A DNA stretch of 64,000 nucleotides from an uncultured virus (IMG/VR IMGVR_UViG_3300028561_000554) (lineage: Duplodnaviria > Heunggongvirae > Uroviricota > Caudoviricetes), in IMG/VR virus record IMGVR_UViG_3300028561_000554, one strand, 5' to 3'. Position numbers and translations under genes: made by a program. The notes under the pieces were generated by a model, which was not told the DNA's origin, ran no database searches, and was given only the letters and a program-made list of their open reading frames with translations. The first letter of the stretch is position 1. Every line of letters begins with the position of its first letter. Positions 27,872 to 36,223 of this stretch are shown in pieces.

Positions 27872-30800
27872 ATGGAACAGAATAAACTGACGCTTGGCAG
27901 CCTGTTTGACGGCTCGGGCGGATTTCCACTTGGCGGCATTCTTGCCGGAATAGAGCCGATTTTCGCATCAGAAATTGAACCTTTTCCAATTCTAGTCACG
28001 CACAAACGACTGCCGGGCGTAAAGCACTACGGCGATGTATCCAAACTCAGCGGCACAGAGTTGCCACCGGTGGATATCATCACGTTCGGCAGTCCATGTT
28101 TTCCAGAGGGTACTCTTGTACTGACTGATGAAGGGTATATGCCAATTGAAGAAGTTACAGTTGGTATGAAGGTTCTCACACATAAGGGGAGATGGAAAAC
28201 CGTAACTGCTGCCGGTGCAAAATACGGAGAGACTGTTCTACTAAAGGGTAACCACTATGGCTTGGAATGCACAAAAAACCATCCGATTTACAGCAGCGGT
28301 GAAAAAAAGTTTTTTCCCCAGCTTGGAAATGGAAAACGAGGAAATTACACACTGTTGACTGATAAAAAAGAGTGGGTAGCGGCAGAGCAGATGAAAGGTA
28401 GACTGTGGGCAGTTCCACATCATATCGATAGTCTGCCTATTGCCTCGCCTGTGTATTCAGGCTCATGGCGACAGAAAACCATGCCAGAACTGTCAGACAG
28501 CTTGTTCTATTTTGTTGGCAGATGGCTCGGTGACGGATGGGTATGCAACGGTCAGCGATCAGGTCGTCCTGCAGGAGAAACTTACGGTAAAATATATCTG
28601 TGTGATTCTCTCGATAAAGAAAACGAACTGATCAGTACAGTTCGTACAGTTACCAAGAGGTATACGGTCTGCCATGAAAAAAGTATAGTCAAGGTATCAT
28701 TTGTCTCACAGGTTTTTGCTGAATGGCTGACAGATAATTTTGGTGAGTATGCATCAGGCAAAAGAATGCCCGGATGGGCGTTTGGTATGCCGTTCTCCTA
28801 TAAACAGAGCTTGCTGAAAGGTATCATTGATTCTGACGGAAGTCCCGTTGCCGGAAAAGATAACTGTCACAGAATCTCAACTATCAGCAAAGCTCTTGCA
28901 GAAAGTGTCCGCCTTCTTGCAGAAGGTCTGGGATACTCAACAACTGTTTTTAAGAGCGTAGTCGATAAAACAAAGAAAATCGAAGGTAGGATCGTAAATC
29001 AGCATGACTACTATACTGTAGCAGTGACGAAAGAAGGCAGGCGGAAACATCTGACAGACAGTTTACACGGCTGGTATCGAGTGCGGAGCGTATATCCGAC
29101 TCATAAAGCAAAAGTTGTATACAATCTGACTGTGCAAGATGACAACAGCTATATCGCAGATGGTATCGTTGTTCATAACTGTCAGGACCTGTCTATCGCC
29201 GGAAAACGTGCAGGAATTCACGGCAATCGGTCAGGATTGTTCTTTCAAGCAATCAGAATCATCAAAGAAATGAGGAATGCTACAAATGGCAAATATCCAA
29301 GATACGCAATCTACGAAAATGTCCTTGGTGCCTTCTCCTCAAACGGAGGAAATGATTTCAAAGCTGTCCTCGAAGCAGTTATCGGAGTTAAAGAAGAAGG
29401 GATCGAGGTGCCTCCGCCTAAGAATCACCGATGGCCGAAAGCGGACGTATATCTGGGAGACGGATGGAGCGTGGCTTACCGAGTTTTCGACGCTCAATAC
29501 TGGGGCGTCCCCCAGCGAAGATCAAGAATCTACCTTGTCGCAGATTTTGCTGGCGGAAGTGCCGGAGAAGTATTATTTAAGTCCGAGGGCGTGTCTGGGT
29601 ATACTCCGCAGAGCTTCCGTTCGTGGGAAGGAGCTGCCGGAGGTGCTGAAGAAAGCTCTGGAACGGCAGGCAGGCGGTCTGACGCTGGAGATAGAACCTA
29701 CTGCCTGAATACACAAGGCAACAGCGGTGTTGGCATCACCGAAGGCAAGTCGCTCGCATTAGTCTCGCAAGACCATGGCAATCATCCGGCGGTACTTCAT
29801 GCCGCAGGCTTCTCCACGGAACACAGCGCAAAGGCGCGGAGTATCGGCTATGAGGAAGAAGTATCTCCGACTTTGAGAGCCGGTGTTGTTCCGGCAGCGC
29901 TTTCCGTGGAAAATCATCCGACAGACGGTCGGGTGAAGATCCGTGAGGATAACACCTGCCAGACACTTTGCAGCAGAGCCGGGACAGGCGGCAACAATGT
30001 ACCGCTTGTGGCTGAACCAATCACGCTGAAAATACGCTGCGGTAAACCGGGTGGTGGGAAAGGAGCGCAGGTCACTTATGATAAGTCATCAACATTGTCA
30101 ACAAACAACGACCAGACGCTATTTCAGCCCGAAATAAAGGCATTCGGTGTATGCAGTAAGCATTCCAATGCGATGATGTCGGACAACCCGCACAGCGGTT
30201 TTTATGAAGCGACCACAAGCAGAACCCTTGACCAGAGCGGCGGAAACAGCGTCACATCGAATCAGGGCGGAATCTGTGTGGTTGCACCTGCGCCAGAAAC
30301 CTACGATGTACGTTTCACATCGGACGGCACGAAAAACGCAAGAGGTCACTGCTATCCTACAGAAATCTCACGCTGTCTCGATACAAGCGAAAGCAATCCC
30401 GACAGCAACCACGGCGGTGTATGCGTGGTCGCTCTCGAACCCGGTGCGGCATCGAGAGTCGGCGGTCATATCTACAGCGACGGTAAATCCGGTACGCTCC
30501 GAGCCAATGCAGGAGATAATCAGCAAGCTGTCATGATGCCGGAGACTTATTCGCTGCAAGGCTCGATGATAGGTCGTGCAGATAAAAACGGCCCGCAGGG
30601 TGACGGTATTAATAAAGATGTGTGCTTTACCTTAAACTGTGCAGATCATCACGCAGTTGCGGCACCGGCTGATTCCTCCTATACAATATCCCGTGACAAT
30701 CACTTCGCTGTTGCCGAAGATGTATCTGTAACGGCAGTGGCAAGAGGTCCTGCAACTGTGGCGCACCCGGAAGCCGACCACTACAGCACAAGCAAAAATT

Positions 30801-31249
30801 CTCATCACACCGTTGCCGCACATGAACAGGCAAATACACTGGTCGCATCGGACTGGAAAGATCCTCCGCTTGTCAACGATACGCCCAATCAAGAACCGGC
30901 ATACATCGTCCGCAGGCTAACTCCGGTGGAATGTGCAAGATTGCAGGGCTTTCCCGACTGGTGGTGTTCTGATCTCGCAATTTCCGATCCTTCTGATGAT
31001 GAAATTGCATTCTGGACGGAAGTCTGGGAAACTTGGCGCAGCCTCACAAATCCCAATGGCAAACCAAAAACGGAAAAGCAGATCAGAAAATGGCTGGCTG
31101 ATCCGTATACGGATAGTGCGGAGTATAAATTGTGGGGAAATGGAATTTCATTGCCGATAGTTTTTTTCGTTCTATCCGGTATTGTTTGGGCAGCGAATGC
31201 AGCAAATTGTGAACGAACTGATACTATGTTATTTTCCGAATTCACATAA
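27872..31249 (+). CDS. C5 cytosine DNA methyltransferase with intein and long variable region
   Basis: LFDGSGG (I), GSP|CQD (IV), YENV (VI), PQRRSR (VIII), RRLTPVECARLQGFPD (IX), KLWGNG (X). Confidence 0.93.
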   Translation: MEQNKLTLGSLFDGSGGFPLGGILAGIEPIFASEIEPFPILVTHKRLPGVKHYGDVSKLSGTELPPVDIITFGSPCFPEGTLVLTDEGYMPIEEVTVGMKVLTHKGRWKTVTAAGAKYGETVLLKGNHYGLECTKNHPIYSSGEKKFFPQLGNGKRGNYTLLTDKKEWVAAEQMKGRLWAVPHHIDSLPIASPVYSGSWRQKTMPELSDSLFYFVGRWLGDGWVCNGQRSGRPAGETYGKIYLCDSLDKENELISTVRTVTKRYTVCHEKSIVKVSFVSQVFAEWLTDNFGEYASGKRMPGWAFGMPFSYKQSLLKGIIDSDGSPVAGKDNCHRISTISKALAESVRLLAEGLGYSTTVFKSVVDKTKKIEGRIVNQHDYYTVAVTKEGRRKHLTDSLHGWYRVRSVYPTHKAKVVYNLTVQDDNSYIADGIVVHNCQDLSIAGKRAGIHGNRSGLFFQAIRIIKEMRNATNGKYPRYAIYENVLGAFSSNGGNDFKAVLEAVIGVKEEGIEVPPPKNHRWPKADVYLGDGWSVAYRVFDAQYWGVPQRRSRIYLVADFAGGSAGEVLFKSEGVSGYTPQSFRSWEGAAGGAEESSGTAGRRSDAGDRTYCLNTQGNSGVGITEGKSLALVSQDHGNHPAVLHAAGFSTEHSAKARSIGYEEEVSPTLRAGVVPAALSVENHPTDGRVKIREDNTCQTLCSRAGTGGNNVPLVAEPITLKIRCGKPGGGKGAQVTYDKSSTLSTNNDQTLFQPEIKAFGVCSKHSNAMMSDNPHSGFYEATTSRTLDQSGGNSVTSNQGGICVVAPAPETYDVRFTSDGTKNARGHCYPTEISRCLDTSESNPDSNHGGVCVVALEPGAASRVGGHIYSDGKSGTLRANAGDNQQAVMMPETYSLQGSMIGRADKNGPQGDGINKDVCFTLNCADHHAVAAPADSSYTISRDNHFAVAEDVSVTAVARGPATVAHPEADHYSTSKNSHHTVAAHEQANTLVASDWKDPPLVNDTPNQEPAYIVRRLTPVECARLQGFPDWWCSDLAISDPSDDEIAFWTEVWETWRSLTNPNGKPKTEKQIRKWLADPYTDSAEYKLWGNGISLPIVFFVLSGIVWAANAANCERTDTMLFSEFT
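28097..29179 (+). mobile_element. intein (361 aa) with LAGLIDADG endonuclease at the catalytic Cys of the MTase
   Basis: GSP|CFPEGT...CTKNHP...VGRWLGDG...LKGIIDSDG...VYNLTV..GIVVHN|CQDLS. Confidence 0.95.
29277..29708 (+). CDS. overlapping alternative-frame ORF inside the C5 MTase (possible beta-like polypeptide)
   Basis: 143 aa in the +1 frame with TLSQIL..VPEKYYLSPRACLGILRRA..RGKELP; GAGG 10 nt before an in-frame ATG at 29286. Confidence 0.5.
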   Translation: MLQMANIQDTQSTKMSLVPSPQTEEMISKLSSKQLSELKKKGSRCLRLRITDGRKRTYIWETDGAWLTEFSTLNTGASPSEDQESTLSQILLAEVPEKYYLSPRACLGILRRASVRGKELPEVLKKALERQAGGLTLEIEPTA

Positions 31250-31305
31250 AGTTATCATGTAGAATAATAACAGATTTCTGCCAGATATTTCGTCATATGT
31301 CACAC

Positions 31306-31334
31306 TTGCAATCTGTGGAAAAACGAGTTAATAT
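31306..31334 (+). promoter_or_regulatory. cassette promoter P1
   Basis: TTGCAA-17-TAATAT. Confidence 0.6.
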
Positions 31335-31382
31335 GTGATTACGGAAACGCCGCAGAGACGGCAAAAAAATGGAGGTAATCAC

Positions 31383-32024
31383 ATGAATATCGAATTCAAT
31401 CTCACAGGTGAAGATCGCAAGAAACTGGTTAGAGCAGTCAGCGAAATAATCGGGATTCCTGCCGAATACCAGTATATGCCAACCTGTGCATACAGCATCG
31501 GCGAGCATTACACCATCACCAAAGACGGTACACTGATTATCAGCGATGATGCGGACGAAAAGGAAATCAGCAATCTGTTATCAAAGCTGGAACAGCAGGG
31601 CTATTCTGCGGCATCTGACAACGCAAAGCTTACCGTTCAGATGCCGCGGGATTCCCTTGATGAAAGAACGCTGAACAGAGTCCGTCGGATTCTTGAAAAC
31701 AAGGGGGAACTTTTCAAGGCGGCATTTCAGACAGACAGCCTTGAAATAGAAATCAGCGAAAAATCGGTAGATTTCCCTTGGTTCACGGCTGAACAGGACG
31801 GCGATGCAGATGCCTACTGCACCTTTATTTCGATGCTCTGCGAATTTGCAAGAAATTTGAATCACATCAACAACAAGCCCGATACAAGCGACAATCTAAA
31901 GTACGCATTCCGATGTTTTCTGCTGCGGATGGGTATGATCGGGACAGAGTTCAAGTCAGCAAGAAAAGTGCTGCTCCGAAATCTACCGGGAAGTTCGGCG
32001 TTCAGACATATATCGGCTTCTTGA
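31383..32024 (+). CDS. phage 'virulence-related' hypothetical protein
   Basis: RKKLVRAVSEI, YMPTCAY, FPWF, NLKYAFRCFLLRMG..ARKVLLRNL.GSSAFR. Confidence 0.75.
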   Translation: MNIEFNLTGEDRKKLVRAVSEIIGIPAEYQYMPTCAYSIGEHYTITKDGTLIISDDADEKEISNLLSKLEQQGYSAASDNAKLTVQMPRDSLDERTLNRVRRILENKGELFKAAFQTDSLEIEISEKSVDFPWFTAEQDGDADAYCTFISMLCEFARNLNHINNKPDTSDNLKYAFRCFLLRMGMIGTEFKSARKVLLRNLPGSSAFRHISAS

Positions 32025-32104
32025 ACACCCTTGGGGCGAATTTTTAATAGAGAACGCTCCTCCACTTTACTACATTTTACCATAGAAATGCAAGTATTGC
32101 AAGT
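32021..32104 (-). repeat. inverted repeat copy A (promoter plus non-coding tail)
   Basis: Reverse complement aligns with 35596-35681; TTGCAA-17-TAAAAT on the minus strand. Confidence 0.75.
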
Positions 32105-32162
32105 GTGTATTTACACCAGACTTTTGGCGAAATACAGCCAAAAAGATTGTGTAGTAATGGTA

Positions 32163-32191
32163 TTGATTTATCCTCTGAAAGACGGTAATAT
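32163..32191 (+). promoter_or_regulatory. cassette promoter P2
   Basis: TTGATT-17-TAATAT. Confidence 0.6.
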
Positions 32192-32249
32192 GTTACTACC
32201 GAAAGGGAAAAAAGCCCTGAAAAACACCGAAATTACGGAGGAAAATACA

Positions 32250-33191
32250 ATGAACGAAAAGACAAGAATCCAGATTGAGAACCTCAAGAATCAGACAATC
32301 GGAGTGGAGATTGAGATGAACCACATCACCAGAAAAAAGGCCGCACAGGTTGCCGCCGACTTCTTCGGAACAGGCAGATTTGAGGATACGGCAAGAAGAA
32401 ACGGCTACTACACTTGGTCGGCTTGGGATTCGCAGGGCAGAGAATGGAAGTTCCAGCGGGATGTTTCAATAGCAGGTCCCGACAGCGAAAAGTGCGAGCT
32501 GGTAACTCCGATACTTCACTACGAGGACATCGAAATCTTGCAGGAGCTTGTGAGAAAACTTCGCAAGGCAGGAGCAGTCAGCCACGCAGGAATAGGGGCT
32601 GGGGTTCATTGCCACATCGGAGCAAAAGGACACACCCCGCAGAGCCTCAGAAACCTTGCCAACATCATGGCAAGCCACGAAAGGCTGATCGCCGACGCTT
32701 TGAAAATAGACCAAGGCAGAATCAACCGCTACTGCCGAACGGTAAACCCCACTTTTATAGAACAGCTCAACAAGAAAAAGCCTTCCACAATGGCACAGCT
32801 TGCGGACATCTGGTACACGACAAACAACGCAGACTACGGCAGAAATCAACACTACAACGACAGTAGATATCATATGCTGAATTACCATGCAGTATTTACA
32901 AAATCCACAATCGAATTTAGGTGCTTTAACTTCGACAAGCCTGCTGATGGCAAGAAAAACGGACTTCATGCAGGACAGCTCAAGAGTTGGATTCAGCTTT
33001 GCCTTGCACTTTCTGAAATGGCAAAAGAGGTCAGAACGGCAAGCCCTAAGCCACAGCAAACCGAAAATCCGAAATTCGCAATGCGGACTTGGCTGATACG
33101 GCTTGGCATGGTTGGCGAGGAATTCGCTACGGCAAGGGATTTTCTTACAAAAAACCTCGACGGCAATGCCGCATGGAGATACGGAACATAA
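32250..33191 (+). CDS. amidoligase family (Amidoligase_2) protein
   Basis: IGVEIE, DVSI, ELVTPIL, GVHCHIG, SRYHMLN, TIEFRCF. Confidence 0.88.
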   Translation: MNEKTRIQIENLKNQTIGVEIEMNHITRKKAAQVAADFFGTGRFEDTARRNGYYTWSAWDSQGREWKFQRDVSIAGPDSEKCELVTPILHYEDIEILQELVRKLRKAGAVSHAGIGAGVHCHIGAKGHTPQSLRNLANIMASHERLIADALKIDQGRINRYCRTVNPTFIEQLNKKKPSTMAQLADIWYTTNNADYGRNQHYNDSRYHMLNYHAVFTKSTIEFRCFNFDKPADGKKNGLHAGQLKSWIQLCLALSEMAKEVRTASPKPQQTENPKFAMRTWLIRLGMVGEEFATARDFLTKNLDGNAAWRYGT

Positions 33192-33283
33192 CGCAAAGGG
33201 ACAGCCTTTTGCAACCTTAAAATGCCGCCTACGGGCGGCTTAGGGTGGTGAAAGGGTATTCCTTTCGGAAAGGAAGTATCACG

Positions 33284-33736
33284 ATGAAAAAATATTATCT
33301 TGCCTACGGTTCAAACCTTAACATTCAGCAGATGAAGTACCGCTGCCCCGATGCAAAGCCTATCGGCACGACATTCATCAAGGGCTACGAACTGCTGTTC
33401 AAAGGCTCGAAAACAGGCTCTTACCTCACCATTGAAAAGGCTGAAAAATCCAAAGTTCCCGTTGCTGTCTGGGAGGTTTCGGAAGCCGATGAACGCCGCC
33501 TTGATGTCTACGAGGGCTGCCCGAATTTCTACTACAAAACGGAAATGGAAGTCACCGTAAACCGCCGAAAAATCAAGGCTTTTGTGTACATCATGCACGA
33601 GGAAAGACCGATAGGAATTCCGAGCAGTTCCTACATCAGAACCTGCGTTCAGGGTTACCGTGATTTCGGTTTCCATTTGAAACATTTGAGGCTTGCATTT
33701 GATATCAGCGAAAGGGGTGCGAGAGATAAAAAGTGA
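33284..33736 (+). CDS. gamma-glutamylcyclotransferase (AIG2-like) family
   Basis: YLAYGSNLN, RCPDA, LDVYEG.P.FY. Confidence 0.88.
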   Translation: MKKYYLAYGSNLNIQQMKYRCPDAKPIGTTFIKGYELLFKGSKTGSYLTIEKAEKSKVPVAVWEVSEADERRLDVYEGCPNFYYKTEMEVTVNRRKIKAFVYIMHEERPIGIPSSSYIRTCVQGYRDFGFHLKHLRLAFDISERGARDKK

Positions 33737-33926
33737 TATCAGAGAACCGAGATTCTGCCCGAAATGTGGATGCAGCTACACGGAGCATCCTGCACTTTCC
33801 AGAGTGGATAACGAAGCCCTAATTTGTACTGATTGCTCAACCCGTGAAGCACTTGATGCCATCGGAGTTTCCACTGAGGAACAGGAGAAAATTATCAGCA
33901 TCATTCATCGAAATTACGCTGAATAA
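33717..33926 (+). CDS. small zinc-ribbon protein (start uncertain)
   Basis: CPKCG..PALSRVDN..ICTDCS.REAL. Confidence 0.6.
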   Translation: MREIKSDIREPRFCPKCGCSYTEHPALSRVDNEALICTDCSTREALDAIGVSTEEQEKIISIIHRNYAE

Positions 33927-34181
33927 TCGCCACTGAGCCGCCACGTTGCCGCACGTTCGCCGTTCTGATTTTCCTCGCAAAGTTACCCCATACGCAGAAC
34001 GGCGGCACACGGCACGTTTGTGTGGCTGTTGTGGCAAGGCATAAACTACACAATTATGATGTCTGTTTTTCCTCGATATTTCATTGATTTTAGCCGCTTG
34101 ATAAGTGTAAAAAACTATGGTAATATACACACAACGGCAGCGGAGAACCGCACCGAAAAAACGAATTTGGAGGAAAATCAC
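33926..34181 (+). repeat. ~250-bp direct repeat copy 1 (hairpin, promoter P3, leader, RBS)
   Basis: Aligns with 34575-34833; TTGATA-17-TAATAT at 34098-34126. Confidence 0.9.
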
Positions 34182-34526
34182 ATGAAAACAATTGAACTTT
34201 TTGAAAAGGCAATGACTGAGGGAAACGAGTTCTTCAAGGAGAACAACATAAACCCTACGCTTTTCGCAGCCTACAGACAGCAGAAGGACAGCGGTAACGA
34301 GCTGATTGACTTCTCCGAGGTTATCTGGACACAGGACATTGAGCCAATCAGCGAATTTTTCAAGGCACAGGGCATTACGGAATTTACGATTTCAAGCACC
34401 TTCAGCAGCCTGATTGAAACCCTCGCAGCCTTTGAAAAGCAGGGATTCTGCATGAACGGACTGACCGAGGTCAGGGCAAACTACACCGACTTCACCACAG
34501 GGGGAAAGAAAATTATTCCCGCATGA
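34182..34526 (+). CDS. conserved small phage protein
   Basis: GGAGG RBS; IDFSEVIW, GITEFTISSTFSSLIETLAAF. Confidence 0.75.
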   Translation: MKTIELFEKAMTEGNEFFKENNINPTLFAAYRQQKDSGNELIDFSEVIWTQDIEPISEFFKAQGITEFTISSTFSSLIETLAAFEKQGFCMNGLTEVRANYTDFTTGGKKIIPA

Positions 34527-34574
34527 AACTGAGCTGAAGCAACGAGCCAAGGGGCGGAACTGCCGCCCCTGATT

Positions 34575-34833
34575 ATCGCCCACCAGAGCCGCCACGTTTG
34601 CTCACGTTTGCTGTTTTAATTTTCTCCGCAAAGTTATCCCTTTTGCAAAACGGCGGCACACGGCGCATTTGTGGGGCTGTTGTGGCAAGGCATAAACTAC
34701 ACAATTATGGAGTCTTTTTTTCACGATATTTCGTTGATTTTAGCCGCTTGATAAGTGTAGAAAACTATGGTAATATACTACACAACGGAAGGCAAGAAGC
34801 CTACCAAAAAACAAATTTCAGGAGGAAACAATT
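34575..34833 (+). repeat. ~250-bp direct repeat copy 2 (hairpin, promoter P4, leader, RBS)
   Basis: Aligns with 33926-34181; TTGATA-17-TAATAT at 34748-34776. Confidence 0.9.
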
Positions 34834-35103
34834 ATGAAATGGGAACAGGTTACAACAATGGAGCACCTTTGGAGCAACGGATGCAGCACGCAGGGTGCGG
34901 TGCTGAAATACGGCGACAAAGTTCTGGTGGCAGGGTTGACCCACAGAGGATTTGAAGCCGCCATTTACGAATTCATCGAAACGGAGGAAGAGACTGGTCT
35001 TTCCTACATCGAATGCCGTCTGAACCTTAGAACGACCGCACCGACACCCTTTGATGACGGCGGCGATGCAATGAAATGGTGCTTCGATCACCTGAACGAC
35101 TAA
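34834..35103 (+). CDS. hypothetical protein
   Basis: AGGAGG RBS, own promoter, downstream hairpin. Confidence 0.75.
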   Translation: MKWEQVTTMEHLWSNGCSTQGAVLKYGDKVLVAGLTHRGFEAAIYEFIETEEETGLSYIECRLNLRTTAPTPFDDGGDAMKWCFDHLND

Positions 35104-35206
35104 GGCAATGGGGCTGAAAAATGCCCCTTTTCCGCTTTCTTTCAATGGTGTATATCACACAATAAAATGAGCTGATTTTCCCCGATTTTTCTGTACTTTT
35201 AGCCGC

Positions 35207-35235
35207 TTGCTATTATCCTCAAAAGACGGTATACT
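35207..35235 (+). promoter_or_regulatory. cassette promoter P5
   Basis: TTGCTA-17-TATACT. Confidence 0.65.
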
Positions 35236-35288
35236 GTGTATAACGCAAGGGGGAAACCCAAGCGAATAAATTTTTGGAGGACACGAAA

Positions 35289-35468
35289 ATGAACAAGAAC
35301 ATCGAGAAGGCACTGGAGAAAATCGCAATGGAAGAAAGCTACAGCATCGAGATAAGAGGAGGACTTGACGCACGTGACAACGATGAGGATGATTTCAAAG
35401 AGATCAGCGTGACAGCGCTCCAGAGAATGCTCGAAAGAGCCTACCAACTGGGCAAAAACAGCAAGTAA
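35289..35468 (+). CDS. DUF6900-like small protein
   Basis: LEKIA..L.AR.ND..DF.EISV..L..ML..AY.LG. Confidence 0.7.
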   Translation: MNKNIEKALEKIAMEESYSIEIRGGLDARDNDEDDFKEISVTALQRMLERAYQLGKNSK

Positions 35469-35595
35469 CCAGACCGCCGAAAATCACGGCAGCCCTTCGG
35501 GGCTGTCTCTCGTACTGCCGTTTTTCGTTTCCTCCGGCAGTACAATTCCTGCCGATTTTTCGGCTTATCTTTGTGTAGATTATGATTCCAAAATG

Positions 35596-35681
35596 ACTTG
35601 CTATCCTTGCTTTTTTATGGTAAAATACATTACAATGGAAGAGCAATCTCAATTAAAAAAATCGCCCTAAGGGGCGTTCAA
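35596..35681 (+). repeat. inverted repeat copy B (promoter P6 plus non-coding tail)
   Basis: TTGCTA-17-TAAAAT; matches the reverse complement of 32021-32104. Confidence 0.75.
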
Positions 35682-35693
35682 AAATAACGTTTC

Positions 35694-35719
35694 AGACCTG
35701 ATTTTTCAGGTCTTTTTTT
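35694..35719 (+). terminator. intrinsic terminator
   Basis: AGACCTGA-ttt-TCAGGTCT then T run. Confidence 0.75.
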
Positions 35720-35752
35720 ATTCTAAAAATCTCATGAAAGGAATGATGCCGT

Positions 35753-36223
35753 GTGGCTGTGAGAGGAAGAAAACCCAAACCTACCGCCATGAAAGAACTG
35801 GAAGGCAATCCGGGCAAGCGACAACTAAATGCATCCGAGCCGAAGCCAGTAAAAAAAGCCCCGCCCTGCCCGAAATGGCTTGAACCCGAAGCAAAAAAGG
35901 AATGGCGCAGGCTGTCAAAGCAGCTTGAACAGATCGGCGTTCTGACCGAGGTCGATCAGGCGGCATTTGCGTCCTATTGTCAGGCATATGCCCGTTGGAA
36001 GGAAGCCGAGGAATTCATGACGCAGCACGGCACTATCGTCAAAACGAAATCCGGCTACTGGCAGCAAGTTCCGCAGGTATCCATCGCACAAACTTATCTG
36101 AAAATCATGAATAAGATCGCAGAGCAGTTCGGACTGACACCGGCGGCAAGAAGCCGTATCACTGCCGGTGCGGAGATGAAGGACGCTTCCGATGATATGG
36201 AAAAACTGCTCGGAGGTGGATAA
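35753..36223 (+). CDS. terminase small subunit, P27 family
   Basis: RGRKPKPT..GNPGKR, AKKEWRRL, FGLTPAARSRI; GTG start. Confidence 0.93.
   Translation: MAVRGRKPKPTAMKELEGNPGKRQLNASEPKPVKKAPPCPKWLEPEAKKEWRRLSKQLEQIGVLTEVDQAAFASYCQAYARWKEAEEFMTQHGTIVKTKSGYWQQVPQVSIAQTYLKIMNKIAEQFGLTPAARSRITAGAEMKDASDDMEKLLGGG

Noticed and set aside
23438..31249. Restriction-modification system
   Set aside because: No cognate restriction endonuclease recognisable; the methyltransferases appear orphan
34515..34540. Possible 1-nt deletion shortening the C-terminus of the 34182 gene (IPA* versus IPA-x-KLS*)
   Set aside because: Affects about four residues and cannot be supported without homologue alignment
33926..34833. 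Repeats as a CRISPR array
   Set aside because: Only two long (~250 bp) divergent copies separated by a gene
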